Shown here: piece after piece, positions 1-13,837 of the stretch
Layout of the letters: each line of letters opens with the position of its first letter
Position numbering within the stretch: the first letter of the stretch is position 1
Source: Squalus acanthias
Taxonomy: Eukaryota
Reading direction: 5' to 3'
Assembly (NCBI GenBank): GCA_030390025.1
Contig: CM059433.1
Location: forward strand, 10,294,001 to 10,358,000
DNA: 64,000 nucleotides
Notes under the pieces: generated by a model
Seen by the model: only the letters and a program-made list of their open reading frames with translations
Databases searched by the model: none
What the model was told of the DNA's origin: nothing
Translations under genes and position numbers: made by a program

Positions 1-495
1 GTCAGAGGCTGGGTATTCTGTGGCAAGTGTCTCACCTCCTGACTCCCCAAAGCCTTTCCACCATCTACAAGGCACAAGTCAGGAGTGTGATGGAATACTC
101 TCCACTTGCCTGGATGAGTTGCAGCTCCAACAACACTCAAGAAGCTCGACACCATCCAGGACAAAGCAGCCCGCTTGATCGGCACCCCATCCACCACCTT
201 AAACATTCACTCCCCTCCACCACCGGCGTACCGTGGCTGCAGTGTGTACCATCTACAAGATGCACTGCAGCAACTCGCCAAGGCTTCTTCGGCAGCACCT
301 CCCAAACCCGTGACCTCTTCCACCTGGGTCAAAATCCTGGAACTCCCTACCTAACAGCACTGTGGGAGTACCTTCACCACACGGACTGCAGCGGTTCAAG
401 AAGGCGGCTCACCACCACCTTCTCAAGGGCAATTAGGGATGGGCAATAAATGCTGGCCTTGCCAGCGACGCCTACATCCCATAAACTAATTTTAA
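1..495 (+). mobile_element. 3' end of a CR1/L2-group non-LTR retrotransposon (internally deleted)
   Basis: Encodes YKAQVRSVMEYSPLAW, a LINE ORF2 C-terminal motif. Its 3' tail 'aagggcaattagggatgggcaataaatgctggccttgccagcgacgcc' recurs inverted at ~12030-12100 and ~16570-16650. Confidence 0.75.
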
Positions 496-661
496 AAAAC
501 TTTGCCCGCATATCGATCTCTTAAGTACTTTGGAGGTTCAGTCAAGACGTTTCACTTAGCTCTGGTCAAAACACTGCTTTGCACTGGGGACATGATTTTC
601 CCAATGGGAATCCCTCTATTCATATGCTATGGGGAGGAAGAGGTTAGATTAGAGACTCTTA

Positions 662-931
662 GGCTGCGAATTTCCCAGTGGAGGCGGGAGAGCTGGTTTC
701 CGGGTTTCAGTCACGAACGTGGCTGCAGCCACTCTGTCAAAGAGATTTTCCCTTGATTGGCCTTGTTAAGCCCGCCCTGCGGGCTTCCCAGCCAATTAAC
801 AGGAAGCGGGTCTGATGATGTCATTTGACATTTGACGTCATTTGACGTTTCCTACCCACTGTCAATCTTTGCTATTTTGACAGCGGACCCGCCTCCAAAC
901 CCACCTTCTGAGCGCCGGCAAATTCGTAGCC
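662..931. mobile_element. PIF/Harbinger-type MITE
   Basis: TIRs GGCTGCGAATTT / AAATTCGTAGCC, flanked by TTA on both sides (659-661, 932-934). Confidence 0.8.
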
Positions 932-978
932 TTAGAGTGAGGCATCACAGAAGGCATTTTTTCCCTACGTGATCATAT

Positions 979-1446
979 ATGCTCACCAAGGTCTACAGAC
1001 CAAGAAGGTCTTACTTAGACTTTTCTGACCATCAGTACCTCAGGAGGTTGCGCTTTCCCGCAGAGGCTGTTGGGGAAATATGTCAATTCCTGGTTGAACA
1101 CCTGCAGCCTACTTTTAGCAGGAGAACAGCATTTTCTGTACCAGTCAAGGTCACCTCTGCCCTGAATTTCTTTGCATCTGGATCTTTCCAGGCAGCATCA
1201 GCTGCCCTTTGCCACATTAGTTAGGTAACTGCCACCATTAAAGCCAGAAAGACACAGATGCTCTACTCAGGAGGGCTGTGCAATTCATATCCTTCCCAGT
1301 GAAACAAGACAAACAAATAAAAAGGGAGCTATCCAGTTCTACAGACTGGCAGGGTTCCCACAGGTGTGTAAGGAGAAATTGACAGAAAACATGTAGCACT
1401 CAACGCCCCATATGCCAAGCCTATCAATCTTATGAACAGGAAAGGC
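979..1446 (+). pseudogene. Degenerate PIF/Harbinger (HARBI1-like) transposase fragment
   Basis: VYRPRRSYLDFSD..RRLRF..VKVTSALNFFASGSFQ, then after a stop/frameshift FISFP..GEIDRKHVALNAP..NRKG, matching the Harbinger transposase N-terminal half. Confidence 0.8.
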
Positions 1447-1459
1447 ATTAATTCTATCA

Positions 1460-2680
1460 ATGTTCCATTTTAAAATTCTCACCCTTGTTTTCAAATCCCT
1501 CCATGGCCTCGCCCCTCCCTATCTCTGTAATCTCCTCCAGCCCCACAACCCCCCCGAGATATCTGCGCTCCGTCAATTCTAGCCTGTTGGGCATCCCCAA
1601 TTTGAATTGCTCTGTCATTGCCGGCCTAAGCTCTGGAATTCCCTCCCTGAACTTCTCCACCTCTCTACCTTTCTTTCTTCCTTTAAGACACTCCTTAAAA
1701 CCTACCTCTTTTCTGCCCTAATATCTCCTTACGTAGCTCGGTGTCAAATTTTGTTTGGTAACGTTTCGGTAAAGCGCCTTGGGACATTTTACTACGTTGA
1801 CCAAATTTTTGTTCACCTGTCCTAATTTCTCCTTATGTGGCTCGGTGTCAAATTTATTGGGCTTGATTTTGCCAGGCCCGAGGAGGCGGGATTGGAGGCG
1901 TGTGGGGTATTAAAATTGCAAAAAATGGCGGGCGGGCCTGACCCCGCCTCCATCCCACCTCCGAGCAATTTTCCCAAATGCGTGGTTTCTGATCCATCTC
2001 CGTCCCGCCTCCAAGAGGCAGGATAGGCCCTTAACAACCACTTAATTGCCTCTATAATCCTATTTTGAGAGGCCTTTCTGATTTTAACACTTTTCCAACG
2101 TGATGCACGCCTCCTGTGAAACACAACGGTGAAACCTGGCGGTAGCACACTTGGATTGCTGACTATCAGCTGCAGGTCCACCATTAAGAAGGAGATCTGA
2201 TCAATCATCATGGGGGAACTTTTAGCAGTCATAACCATGGTGGTGGTAAAAAAAATCTGGGAGCAGACTTGGGTCTCCTGCTGCTCATTTTGCCTCCAGG
2301 TCCCTCTCACAGCAAAGGCCAAAAGCTTCCCAGTCTTTGCAGACCTTAAATGCAGCAGCAATGATGACATCATCAGAGACGACTTTCAGACTGAAAAAAC
2401 TAATTGGGTCATGGGTTCCCACATGCTGGAACTCAATTGCCCAATTAGGGGAAAATCAAATAATTCTCCCACATCCAATTGGAGTCGGGTGGCTAACACG
2501 AAAAGCGGATGACACGACCCCAGCCCGCCCCAATGACAAAATCGAGCCCATTGTCTTAAAATACTTCTGTGCAGCGCGTTGGGACGTTTTACTACGTTAA
2601 AGGCGCTATATAAATACAAGTTGTTGTTGTTGTTGTTGTTAAAGGCACTATATAAATATAAGTTGTTATTGTTGTTGTCG
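1460..2680 (+). mobile_element. L2-type LINE 3' fragments ending in (GTT)n, interrupted by a MITE
   Basis: PKLWNSLP..SSFKTLLKT motif. Tail 'gggacgttttactacgttaaaggcgctatataaatacaagttgttg' is also seen inverted at 62074-62140. Confidence 0.75.
1859..2549. mobile_element. PIF/Harbinger-type non-autonomous element
   Basis: TIRs GGGCTTGATTTTG / CAAAATCGAGCCC with ATT duplicated (1856-1858, 2550-2552). Removing it restores the L2 tail. Confidence 0.8.
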
Positions 2681-3494
2681 TTCAGCTAGTGTATGATGCA
2701 GATTAGCTCGCAGAAAACCTCATCTGCCTCTCATCTGTTCCTCATCATGTTTAATGTCAACCTTTTGGTTATTGATCAGTTCGTTGTACAAGCAAATGCA
2801 GAAAATGTCATAGTCGGCAGGAGACACTTTACAACAAAATGCTAAGTGCTTTTGGTCAAATGCAGGCAACTGTAAGTATTTTTCTTCAAATGTAATTTTT
2901 ATGACTAGACATGTTGATAAGACAATTAGTGATAAGTAAGATCTATGTTTATTGAAAGGCAAGCACAGGCTAATCCCCATAATCTCCTACTGCAGACTTT
3001 TATAGTTCGATGGAGGTTACGCAAATCAATACGTTTTCCCAGGGAACATGATTACATCATAAATCACTGTTTACTGATCGCTTTGCTGCTTCTGATCCTG
3101 GTGCATTGTGGGAATGTTGTTTTTTTTAACTCATAAAATGGCCCAGAGAATTTGTAGAAAGAAATGGAAGTTCTTGAGAAGTATGCTTGATGATGCCTGC
3201 TATATGTATTTTTGTATAAGCTGAACCTTGCATGTGAAATTTTTGAGAAATGATTGGCGATTATCAAGCACTGTGTTTTGAGGAAAAACAGCTATTGTCT
3301 TTCATGTATAATTAATATTACATTGAATTTTACAGCACAGCAACAGGCCATTCAGCCCAACTGGTCTATGCTGGTGTTTATGCTCCACACGAGCCTCCAC
3401 CCACCTTACTTCATCTCACCCTAACAGCATAACCTTATATTTCTTTCTCCCTCATGTACTTATCTAGCTTCCCCTTAAATGCATCTATACTATT

Positions 3495-3855
3495 GAAAAA
3501 GAAAAAAGAAAGACTTGCATTTATATAGCGCCTTTCACGACCACCGGACGTCTCAAAGCGCTTTACAGCCAATGAAGTACTTTTGGCGTATAGTCACTGT
3601 TGTAATGTGGGAAACGCGGCAGCCAATTTGCGCACAGCAAGCTCCCACAAACAGCAACATGATGATGACCAGATAATCTGTTTTTGTTATGTTGATTGAG
3701 GGATAAATATTGGCCAGGACACCAGGGATAACTCCCCTACTCTTCTTCGAAATAGTGCCATGGGATCATTTACATCCACCTGAGAGAGCAGACGGGGCCT
3801 CGGTTTAACGTCTCATCCGAAAGACGGCACCTCCGACAGTGCAGCACTCCCTCAG
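3495..3855 (-). mobile_element. SacSINE1-like DeuSINE, 5'-truncated
   Basis: Deu-domain sequence (gaggccccgtctgc..gatcccatggcactattt) and L2-like tail; near-identical to the copies at 14026 and 23170. Confidence 0.75.
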
Positions 3856-5990
3856 ATATTGACATATACAACATTAGTGCTATCAGTTACAGTACGAAAA
3901 CTAAATAACAGAAGCGTTAAAACTGAAGCCCTAGTGTGAGTAGCTGGAGACTTTCACAGTTCAATTAGGATTGAAGTAAAATTTCTGTAACAAAATTAAA
4001 ATACCACAATTCACAATTTTAGAATTTTGTTCCATGATTTTGATTAAAAGATTTTTTTTTATTGAGAAACCTAGCTGAAGGTGCAAGGCCCCGAGTACAA
4101 TACCAAGCCTGAAAAGTGTAGGAGAGATCAGATAAATCAAGAAATAGTTAGGCGAAGCCAAGCCTTGGTGTTAAAAGCTTGTAGATTGTAGGAGGGACAA
4201 CTTAGAGAGGTATGGAGATGCGGTTTTGAGTACCTGAGAAAGAATGAGTTTGACTATGAAATAAAGTCTTGATTCCAATAGAGTAAAGACACAGGCAGGA
4301 AGAAGAGCATTTAGGATGGTATATTTAGAACTTGGGAGAATCAAGGAAGGAAAGTTCAGTGGAGCAATCACCAAATAATATTCATCAAATAAAAAGACAA
4401 TAAAAGGTTGCAACTGAGAGGTTGGAGCCAATGGGTGAGAGGATTGCTAATCAGAAAACAAGCTTTTCTTGTTTCCTGTCCAATAGTGTGAGAGAGGTGT
4501 TAGAAGTACTTTATAGAGTGTTAGGTTATTAAGAGAGAAAAAGCTGTTTGGCCCAAAAGAGAAAATAAGCTTTTTGGAGGCAGCTTTAGCAATGAAGAAG
4601 TGTAAGGCCAAAGTGTTCAAAAGCAAAGTTCCAGAGGTGTGTAACATCGGCAATAAGATCACCAGCTGAATGATCATGCCAAAATTTATGCTGATGATCA
4701 AGTATTCGACCAGGACTTTCAGTTCTTTCCACCTCATTTTCCTGCCCTTTTCCCTCTCGCCTGAAGGCAATGACTCATGCTTCAGTATCGTTCCACTGAC
4801 ACTGGCACCTCATCCAAATGGCCATTCTTCATGTGCGCTGACATCCAATGCTTCATACTTTCCAACCAAGGCCATTGAGCATTGTTCAGGAGCAGGTTTA
4901 CTCGCTGATATTTACCTTCCCCAACATGGGGACATTGTGGTCAACTGTAACATCTCCTACCAGTCTCGAGCATCAAACGTTGAACCTGGTCTCCTGATCA
5001 GTATGAATAATACTAGACCAGATGATACATTCATCCAGTGAAGAGGAAGCTTTTGCACATGTGATGATTACAGAGGTGTACTTGATTCTGGGTTGTTTTG
5101 GATTTCATATACAAGCTGAAAGCCAGCAAAACCACCTGTCCATCTTGGCAATTCGTCAGTCATCTATGCAGTTTTGTAAAATATACACAAGATTCTTCCC
5201 CCCTCAATTCAGCTACAGGAAATGGTAAGAGCAATATCAGGGTGAACTAATCAGAATGATAAAGGCGGGAAAGCCTGCAGCCGAAGGACGAAGCCTTGAA
5301 ACGTCATACGTTGACGTTCTCTGTAACCGGCTCTCCCTTAATTGGCCTGCTAAGCCCGCTGGGCGGGCTTAACAAGGTCAATCAAGGGAAAATAGCGTGA
5401 GTTGACCAGAAGTTGATGGAGGCGGGACTGAAACCCGACAAGTGGAAGTCTCGCCTCCAAAAGCTCCCCATTGGCAAAATCCAGCCCTACGAGTTTAAGT
5501 ATAAGTTCAGCCCAGACTATGTGTGACAGTATCCAAGCCGCACCTGAAAAAGTTCTACATAAAAAAAGTTTGCCTAATTCTTATCGGACATGAAACCAAA
5601 GTACAAAGCTGCCCCTACCTCCGCACTTAAGTCAGTCAAAGCAAGCGTTATTCTGCACCTGGAATATATTAGAAAAAACAAAAAAGCCTCACATGAAAGT
5701 ATAGAAAATTTGTTGATCGATATCTGCAAAAAATAATTCTTAGCAACTATTGTTCCTTAGAGAAGTAACTGCTCTTGGAAACCTCTCCAGCCAAAATTCT
5801 TTTCTACACAACCTCAGGTCAGAGTGCTCTAACCCGTTATAATACCCAGTTCCTCAGTCTGGCTCCTCTTTAAACAACGGCAATCAAATACATTTCCGGT
5901 TCTTTGTAGATTAACACTGTTGCTTGGGTCAAAAAAACGGTGGGGAGGAGCTTGTGATGGAACATTAGTTACCAGTGGGCTCCAACTCAA

Positions 5991-6340
5991 CATAGAAACA
6001 TAGAAAAATAGGAGCAGGAGTAGGCCATTTGGCCCTTCGAGCCTGCTTCGCCATTCAATATGATCATGGCTGATCCTCCATCTCAATACCATATTCCCGC
6101 TCTCTCCCCATACCCCTTGATGCCTTTTGTGTCGAGAAATCTATCTATCTCCTTCTTAAATATATTCAGTGACTTGGCCTCCACAGCCTTCTGTGGTAGA
6201 GAATTCCACAGGTTCACCACCCTCTGAGTGAAGACATTTCTCCTCATCTCAGTCCTAAATGTCCTACCCCCATATCCTGAGACTGTGACCCCCTCGTTCT
6301 AGACTCCCCCCAGCCAGGGGAAACATCCTCCCTGCATTCA
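5991..6340 (-). mobile_element. CR1 LINE 3' end
   Basis: FTQRVVNLWNSLP motif and 3' tail; near-identical inverted copy at 30095-30457. Confidence 0.8.
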
Positions 6341-7669
6341 AATTGAAGCTAGGACCTTCTGGAACCTAGACTTTGTCCTCCACAGTCCAGCAGGATACGT
6401 TGGGCCCTCTCTTTTGTATCAGCAGGGAAATGCAGACTGAGCCAGTGAAGGAGCTGGAGCTGGAATAGTTAAAATAGTAGCGTTAGATGATGGGACAGTG
6501 CTCATGGAATTTATGTGGTTTAGGAGAGCCTTGGGAGGAATTCGTGGAACCTGCTCTTTGGTATTAGTCTCTGCTTTCTTACAATGTTATGCATAGTCCA
6601 ATATGGAGCTAATGTACTCCATTCACCATTGTTGGAAAATAACATTTGCCAATGCATTCCATTCTCAAATACCTTCTTAATAGGAGTATGGATTGGTGCA
6701 CGCTCAGAAGCATTCTGCGTTAAAAAGCACATCATGCGTACAAGCCCATATACAGTTTAAATGATTTCCAAATTGACATCCTATTCTTGTGGTTCGCTTA
6801 GCGATTTCATATTTAACCTACCCTGCCTGTCATTCTAAGTTTGTTTTACCTTTTTAATCTATTTTTATTTACAATTCCATCCCCCCCACCCCCCTCATCT
6901 CAGCTGGGGCGCCAGTTGGGCTGGTATAATTGACCTCAGTGCTCCGGATATCTTGAGCATGATCACTATGCCCCCCCACCCGGTCTGTGCACATCGAGTG
7001 AGAGCATGAGCAAGCTCAGTTGTGATGCTTTCCACAGTCGACTAACCTGTTGACATTCATTTTCTGGCCTCGCACGTTAACAAAAAAAAATGAGCACTTG
7101 GATGAGATATTGGAGGAGCCAGTGGATGCATATCCTTCATCGTCACTGGGCCAAATCGGACAGCTTTGCCAGTGTCAAATGTACCCAGAGGACGAATATA
7201 CTTAAAAAAAAATACTCCCACTGAAACTGTAGCAGAAGGCGGGAGGATCACGAATTATGCCAGGGCTAAGATACACCGGGTCCCGGCTACTCCAGGAATT
7301 CCTACGGGGCCTTGTGAGGTGGGAGCCACGGGGCGTGGACTCCGCGCGGAGAGTTCCCGTGTTCCGGAGCTGGCGAGACGTCGGTGGACTGGGCCAGGTG
7401 GATTCCCGAGAAACTCTCTCCACCTGGCTACCCCTCTCCCTACCTTCACAAACCTACCTCTTTGACCATGCTTTTGCTCGTCTCCTCCAAGATTTTTCTC
7501 CTTATACCAATTGGCATCCGTGCTGCCTGTTTTGAAGCGCTTTGGGACATTTACTGTGTTAAAGGTGTTCAAAAAATGCCAGATGTAAGCCATCCCTTTT
7601 CCTTGTTTATATATAAAATCATTATAATTACAATACTATAGTCAAAATAGATTGATTAGGTTGGAGAAG

Positions 7670-8080
7670 CTGGATTTGTTTCCATTAGAGCAAAGGCGGT
7701 TGAGGGGTGATTTGACAGAGATGTACAGGATTATGACGGGTTTGGATAGGTTAGATGGGGAAAGGCTGTTCTCACGAGTTGATGGTACAAGGACTAGGGG
7801 ACACAGATTTAAGGTTTTGGGCAAGAGATACAGGGGGACGTGAGGAAAAACTTTATTTACGCAGCGAGTGGTGAGGACCTGGAACTCGCTGCCGACAGAA
7901 GTGGTGGAAGCGGAGACACTCAATGTTTTCAAGGGGAGACTGGATAGGCACTTGAGGGAAATAAACTTGCAGGGCTACGGGGATAGAGCGGGGAAATGGG
8001 ACTGACTGGATTGCTCCACAGAGAGCCGGCGCGGACTCGATGGGCCGAATGGCCTCCTTCTGTGCCATTATGACTCTACA
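7670..8080 (+). mobile_element. CR1 LINE 3' end
   Basis: [26 protein letters not shown] and tail 'gggccgaatggcctccttctgtgcc..atgactct'. Confidence 0.8.
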
Positions 8081-9284
8081 TGATTATAAACTCAATATGC
8101 CAAGAATTTGTAAAAGTATTTGCAGCTGACTAGTGTAGCAATAAGAACATTTCAGTCAGACAACTCACTCCGAAGCTGGTCACTGTGTCAGTGGATTTGC
8201 TGCCTCTCCTCAGAGAAATACATTGTGAAATATTATAAATGGTGTAGATAAAATTCCTCTGAGCTAGCATCCATTTTAATACTGCACAATGAGATTATGG
8301 TATTGAATATGACTGGCAAGTGGAGTTAGTGTTAAATGAGTTTGGTTCACTCACTTGGATCGAAGCCAATAAACCAATCAGCTTGTGCACATTACACTGC
8401 ATATAAGTGTACAATACAGTATTTCCTAGTCCAGATTTTTCAAAAAAACACACCATTCGAATGCTTTACTTCAGCTCTAAAACTTTTGGTGCTGATTTGA
8501 ACCTCACTATCACATGGAAAACAGCGTAGGTATTAGAAAGGTTTCACATATAAGCTGTTCAGGCCCCTTTATCACATCCCACATACGATTCAGCAGATCC
8601 CAAGGTTTAGCCCCAGGTTTTAAGAAAGATCTTTTTTTTATTACACTCCATGAAGGCAGCTAATAACTAAAGATACTCTGACAGGTCTAATGTAGGAGGA
8701 TAAAACCTGCAGAGTTGCAGGATAGTTAAACCCAGAAATATAACCAGGATTACAGCTTAATGAATGATGGTGCTGGGGAGATGGGAAGCCACGGCAGAGA
8801 CTGCTGTCTTGCTTTGCAATTTTTGACCGTCAAATTCAAACCAGATTATTGATATTAAATTACTCACTGGTCCCACAGTGAGACATAAGGCAGTATCATT
8901 GATTTTTAATAGTGCCAATCATTTCAGTTTGAGTGAAGTCCTTCTCTGGCTGGTAAACCACGATAGAATTTAGCTTTCAAATTTATGTATAAAGAAAGCA
9001 GTTAGATTGAGTCACACTTTATCAATAATTACGTTGATTCTAACCAATCGGGAGCATCTGTAGTGGCTGTTACTATAGCCTGTTTCTTACCAACACCCCC
9101 CCCCCCCCCACCCCCCATCTTCAGATTGGAGTGGTACCATGTGCAATTAGGTCAGAAGAGGATCAACAGGCCATTGGCCAAGAGGTTGCTTTTAGACAAT
9201 AACTGCAAGCCCCACCAGTGTAAATTCTCAGGAAACCAGTAAGAAACAGGATCATAAACATGTTATAAATCATTAAACCAGCTT

Positions 9285-10390
9285 CCCAATGCCTTGGCTG
9301 GTTAAAGGCAGTGAATTAGCTGAGCCATACAGATTTTAAAAAAGATTTGATATTCCACCCCCAGAATTTGCTGAGTTATTTAATTTCATTGGGCGGCATC
9401 ATCAGGTGTGCTGCAATCGGCCTTCGTGCACCTCGGTTAGGAAGAGGGAAAAAAAATCAGCTGGGTTTCCTGCTCCTGAATCGCTGTCCTGCTAGAAAGG
9501 TGGGTTCATAGGCATGGGGTGAGGCCAGGTACAGGCTGAGCTGTGAGTTCGCTCCCTCCCACAGTCGACTAGCTTGCCGACGCACATTGTCTAGGTTCAC
9601 CCATGCAGGGCAGGTACCTTGGAGAGCTAATGGAGGGCAACTACTACTTGTGGAACTGTACCAGAATCAGGAGTCAATGAGGGAAAAATTCGGTTGCTTT
9701 GCGCCTCCCGTTAGCGCCCTCCTAGGCGCAAAGGAACTAGCGCCCGGGCGCGGCACCAGCCAACGCCTCCTGCGAAATTCAGCGGGAGGTTAGCGGCGGC
9801 GGTAACCGTTAGCGCCGCGCAGTGCTGCACCGCCGGCGATGACATCATCGCCGTGCACAGCGCCCCGCTCGTGCCCTGGCCGCGATCTTCAGTAGCGCCC
9901 CATGACTTACCGCTGGTCAGGGGGGCCTACCTGCGGCCAGGGCGGCGCTAATTAAAGGCGAGGTGCCGGGCGGCCATTTTTGTTGCTGGACGCCTGCCAG
10001 CACCTGCCCCCTTTGCCGTCTCCGGCCTCCTGAGCAGCCCCCCCACCCCGCGGAGTGCCGGCACTTCTCTTGAGTGCCGGGCTCTTTTGCCGGCACTCCA
10101 ATCCCTGGTGGCCCAGCTGGGCCCCGGGTAACGCTGCGCAAGGCCCCTCCCCTTTAATAAGAGGAGGAAGGCCTGCAGTACCACGGCGCGACGTGCCGCA
10201 GCGACATAGAGCCGCGATATTCCCTCGCAGCACCTCAAGAGGGAGGCGGGGGCGCTGCCAGTGAATATCGGCCTCGGGGGTGCTAATTTTTTCGGGGGGC
10301 TAAAAGTAGCGCCCCGGCGAAGTTAGCGCCCCAAAGGGGGCGCAACTCAATTTTTCCCCCAATGCCTTCAGGAGAGGTGGAAAAGAGTGG
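9285..10390 (+). mobile_element. Old unclassified SINE-like repeat split by a MITE
   Basis: Diverged motifs (tgctgagtta..attggcctc..cctgctcctga..gctgtga..ttcaggagagg) recur at ~6890, 10470 and 25700, and inverted at ~4770, 22050, 30480, 58310 and 61250. Confidence 0.5.
9679..10360. mobile_element. GC-rich PIF/Harbinger-type MITE
   Basis: TIRs GAGGGAAAAATT / AATTTTTCCCCC, AAT duplication (9676-9678, 10361-10363) and many TAGCGCC subterminal repeats. Confidence 0.8.
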
Positions 10391-11117
10391 AGACAACTGA
10401 CAAGAGAAAAAGCAGCACTTTAACTTCACTGATGGGTTAGTAGGTGAATAAACCGCCAGGTGTGATACTGAGCCACACAGATCAGGAATGTCCCAGAGTC
10501 AATCCCTGAAGTTGTACTTAGTTGAACTCAGCTGGGGTAATAGTTGGGGTACAACAATTGGCCTCAATGTCACTAAATATTGGGGAACAAACGGCCAATG
10601 AGCCTGCTGCTAATTGCTATCCAATAACCTCTGCAGTGTATGAACATTAGGTAAAGGGCAAGATGAAGATGAGTTGTCATGACATCCCTTTCCCCAGCCA
10701 CGATGCAGTCTCCACTACCCCAGTGCACTGCTAGCACCCTTCACAGCAGGAAGGCAAAAACAGGGACGGAATTGGAGAAAACCACCAAAAACACCCTTTC
10801 GGAATAAATTAAACTGAGGATTTTTAAATCGGTTATCAAGTAATCTTTAGAAAAGTAGTTTTCGACAAAACAGAACAATGCCTGTGCTACGCCTGACGCT
10901 GCATTGATGTCACAGCGCAGTCGCTGGTGACAGACCCAACTCCACTGCAGCACTGTCATATGAATGAGGCTCTCTGGAATTCCTTCCCTAAATCTGTTCA
11001 TCTCTCTACCCATCTCTCTCCTTTAAAGTCCCCCTCAAAAACTCATCTCTTCAACCACGTTTTTGGTGACCCATCCTCAACCTCCTTTCCTCTCTTAGCG
11101 CTCACTTCCCGTACACC

Positions 11118-11600
11118 TCGGAGATGAGGAGGAGTTTCTTCTCTCGGAGGGTCGTGAATCTTTGGAATTCTCTACCCCAGAGAGCTGTGGAGGCTGGGTC
11201 ATTAAATAATATTCAAGGCAGAGATTGACAGATTTTTGAACTATAGAGGAGTCAAGGGTTAGGGGGAACGGGCAGGAAAGTGGAGTTGAGGCCAAGATCA
11301 GATCAGCCATGAGCTTATTGAATGGCGGAGCAGGCTCGAGGGGCCGAATGGCCGACTCCTGCTCCTATTTCTTATGTTCTTATGTTAATATTCTGTTCTT
11401 GCTTTTTCTTATAAAATTTCATTTTAATTATTTATGAGAGGGAGGAAGTGAACAGAAGAGATTTACTAGAATGGTACCAGGGATGAGGGACTTCAGGTAT
11501 GTGGAGAGACTGGAGAATCTTGATCAGCCATGATCTTATTGAGTGGCGGAGCAGGCTCGAGGGGCCGTAGGGCCGACTCCTGCTCTTATTTCTTATGTTC
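11118..11600 (+). mobile_element. Two CR1 LINE 3' fragments
   Basis: FFSRRVVNLWNSLP motif and (cttatgtt)n tails. Confidence 0.7.
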
Positions 11601-11849
11601 TGCCAGCAGCCTTGGGATTTTATTTCTAACTGTCAAAGCACTTTATAAATGCAAGGTGCTGCTGACGCGGCATTCGGTACTCTGGGGGCATGGAGACCCA
11701 CCGTGAGGAGTTTCTTTTCTCCCTCTACCATCACAGACACAATACTACCGCCGGCAAACAGGAACGCTTGATGTTGATAATGATGCTGGAATTCGTGGGC
11801 ATCCATATTGCTGGCTGCGGGCAGACTAAACCCTTAGCCAGACTGTGTA

Positions 11850-13015
11850 AAAAAAAACCGAGAACCTCCATTTATGTAGCACCTTTAACATTAAAAAAAA
11901 CATCCCAAGGTGCTTCACAGGAATGTATGAAAAATTGGAAGGCATGCCAAAGAAGGACAGATTAGAAGGGTTGACCAAAAACATAGTGAAAGATGTGGCT
12001 TCTGAAGAGGATATTTTTTTTAATTCATTCATGGGATGTGGGCGTCGCTGGCAAGGCCAGCATTTATTGCCCATCCCTAATTGCCCCTTGAGAAGGTGGT
12101 GGTGAGCAGCATTCTTGACCCACTGCAGTCCGTGTGGTGAAGGTGCTCCCACAGTGCTGTTAGGGAGGGAGTTCCAGGATTTTGACCCAGCGACGATGAA
12201 GGAACGGCCGATATCCATCCAAGACAGGATGGTGTGTGACTTGGAGGGGAACTTGGAGGTGGTGGTGTTCCCATGCGCCTGCTGCCCTTGTCCTTCTTGG
12301 TGAAGAGGTCGCGGGTTTGGGAGGTGCTGCCGAAGGAGCCTTGGCGAGTTGCTGCAGTGCATCTTGTAGATGGTACACACTGCAGCCATGGTGCGCCGGT
12401 GGTGGAGGGGAGTGAATATTTAAGGTGGTGGATGGGGTGCCAATCAAGCGGGCTGCTTTGTCCTGGATGGTGTCTTAAAGGAGGAGAGAGAGGTAAAGAG
12501 GCAGAGGGGTTTACGGAGGCAATTCCAGAGTGTGGGGCCTAGGCACCTGAAAGCACAGCCAGCAATGGTGTGCAAGGGGAAAGTAGATGCATAAGAGGAA
12601 CAAAAGGTCCGGGGGGTGGGTGGTTGTGGTGGGGGCGTTGGTGTTGTAGGGCTGGAGGAGGTTACAGAGATTGGGAGGGGCGAGTTGATGGAGGAATTTA
12701 AATTCAATGGATAGAATTTTAAATTGGAGCCATTGGGGGCCTGGAGCCAATGTAAGTCAGTGAGGACAGTAGCGATGGCCAAACAGGACTTGATGTGTAG
12801 CAGGATACAGGCAGCAGAGCTTGGATGAGCTGCAGTTTACAGAAGTTGGAGGAAGGGAGGCCGTCCAGGAAAGCATTGGAATTGTTGAGCCTGGAGATGA
12901 CAATGGCATGAATGAAGGTTTCAGCAGCAAATGGGCTGAGGTGGAGGCGGGCGATGTTACTGAGGTGGAAGTAGGTGGTCTTTGTGATGGAAATGTTACT
13001 GGGTCGGAAGGCTAG
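11850..13015 (-). mobile_element. L2-type LINE 3' region
   Basis: YFHLSNIARL..IHAIVISRL..LTDLHWL..LWN motifs; interrupted at 12013-12473. Confidence 0.7.
12013..12473 (-). mobile_element. CR1/L2-group LINE 3' fragment nested in L2
   Basis: Reverse-complement match to 1-495 (AAVCTIYKMHCSNSPRLL..SWNSLP). Confidence 0.75.
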
Positions 13016-13135
13016 CAATTTGGAAAAGGTCCAAAGCCAAAAAGCTCAGGTCACAATTGGATGTGAAGTCGTTTTTCCACTGCTGCCAGTGTTGTGAAAT
13101 CTGCCTGTAGTACAGCGCTGCAGCAGGAACATAGA

Positions 13136-13837
13136 GGGGGGAAAATTGGGTCGCGCCCCCTTTGGGGTGCTAACTTCGCCGGGGCGCTCCTTTTAGTGCC
13201 CTGAGAAAGATAGCACCCTCGCGCCATAAATTGAGTGGTAGCGCCCCAAGCAGGAGGCGGGGCGCTACTGGAAGCGCTCCCCCTCCCTCTTGGGGCGCTC
13301 CCATTCAATATTGTGGCGCTACGTGCAAAAGCGCCACGCGCATCGGCACGTAGCGCCGCGGTACTGCAGGCCTCCCTCCCCTGATTAAAGGGGAGGGGCC
13401 TAGCGCAGCGCACACCGGGGCCCTGCTGGTCCACCGGGGAGCGGGGTGCCGGCAAAAGAGCCCGGCACTCGAGGAGTGCTGGGCTGACCGATCGCGGCCG
13501 GCACCCCGCAGGAGGAGGCCAGAGGGGGCAGGTGCTGGCAGGCGGCCCCCCCAAAAAAATGGCCACCTGGAACCTGCCCTTTAATTATCGTTGCCCCGGC
13601 TGTAAAAACACCCTCCTGACCCTGTCGGACATAGCATCGGGTAGTAGTTCGGGAGCGTGAGCCAAGTTTGGGGCCGGAGCGTGAGCAGGGTGCCCCGTAA
13701 GGTGATGACATCGTCACTGGAGACGGGGCGCTACCAGCTACCGCCACCGCTAACCTACCGCTGAATTTCGCAGGAGGCGTTAGCGGCGCCGCGCCCAGGC
13801 ACTAACGGGAGGCGCAAAGCATCCCAATTTGTCCCCC
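13136..13837. mobile_element. GC-rich Harbinger-type MITE, inverted relative of 9679-10360
   Basis: TIRs GGGGGGAAAATTGGG / CCCAATTTGTCCCCC; the internal sequence is the reverse complement of 9679-10360; imperfect 3-bp flanks (AGA/ATA). Confidence 0.75.

Noticed and set aside
4000..4740. Possible very old LINE RT remnant on the minus strand
   Set aside because: Only faint resemblance (VLKTASPYLSKL); too degraded to call.
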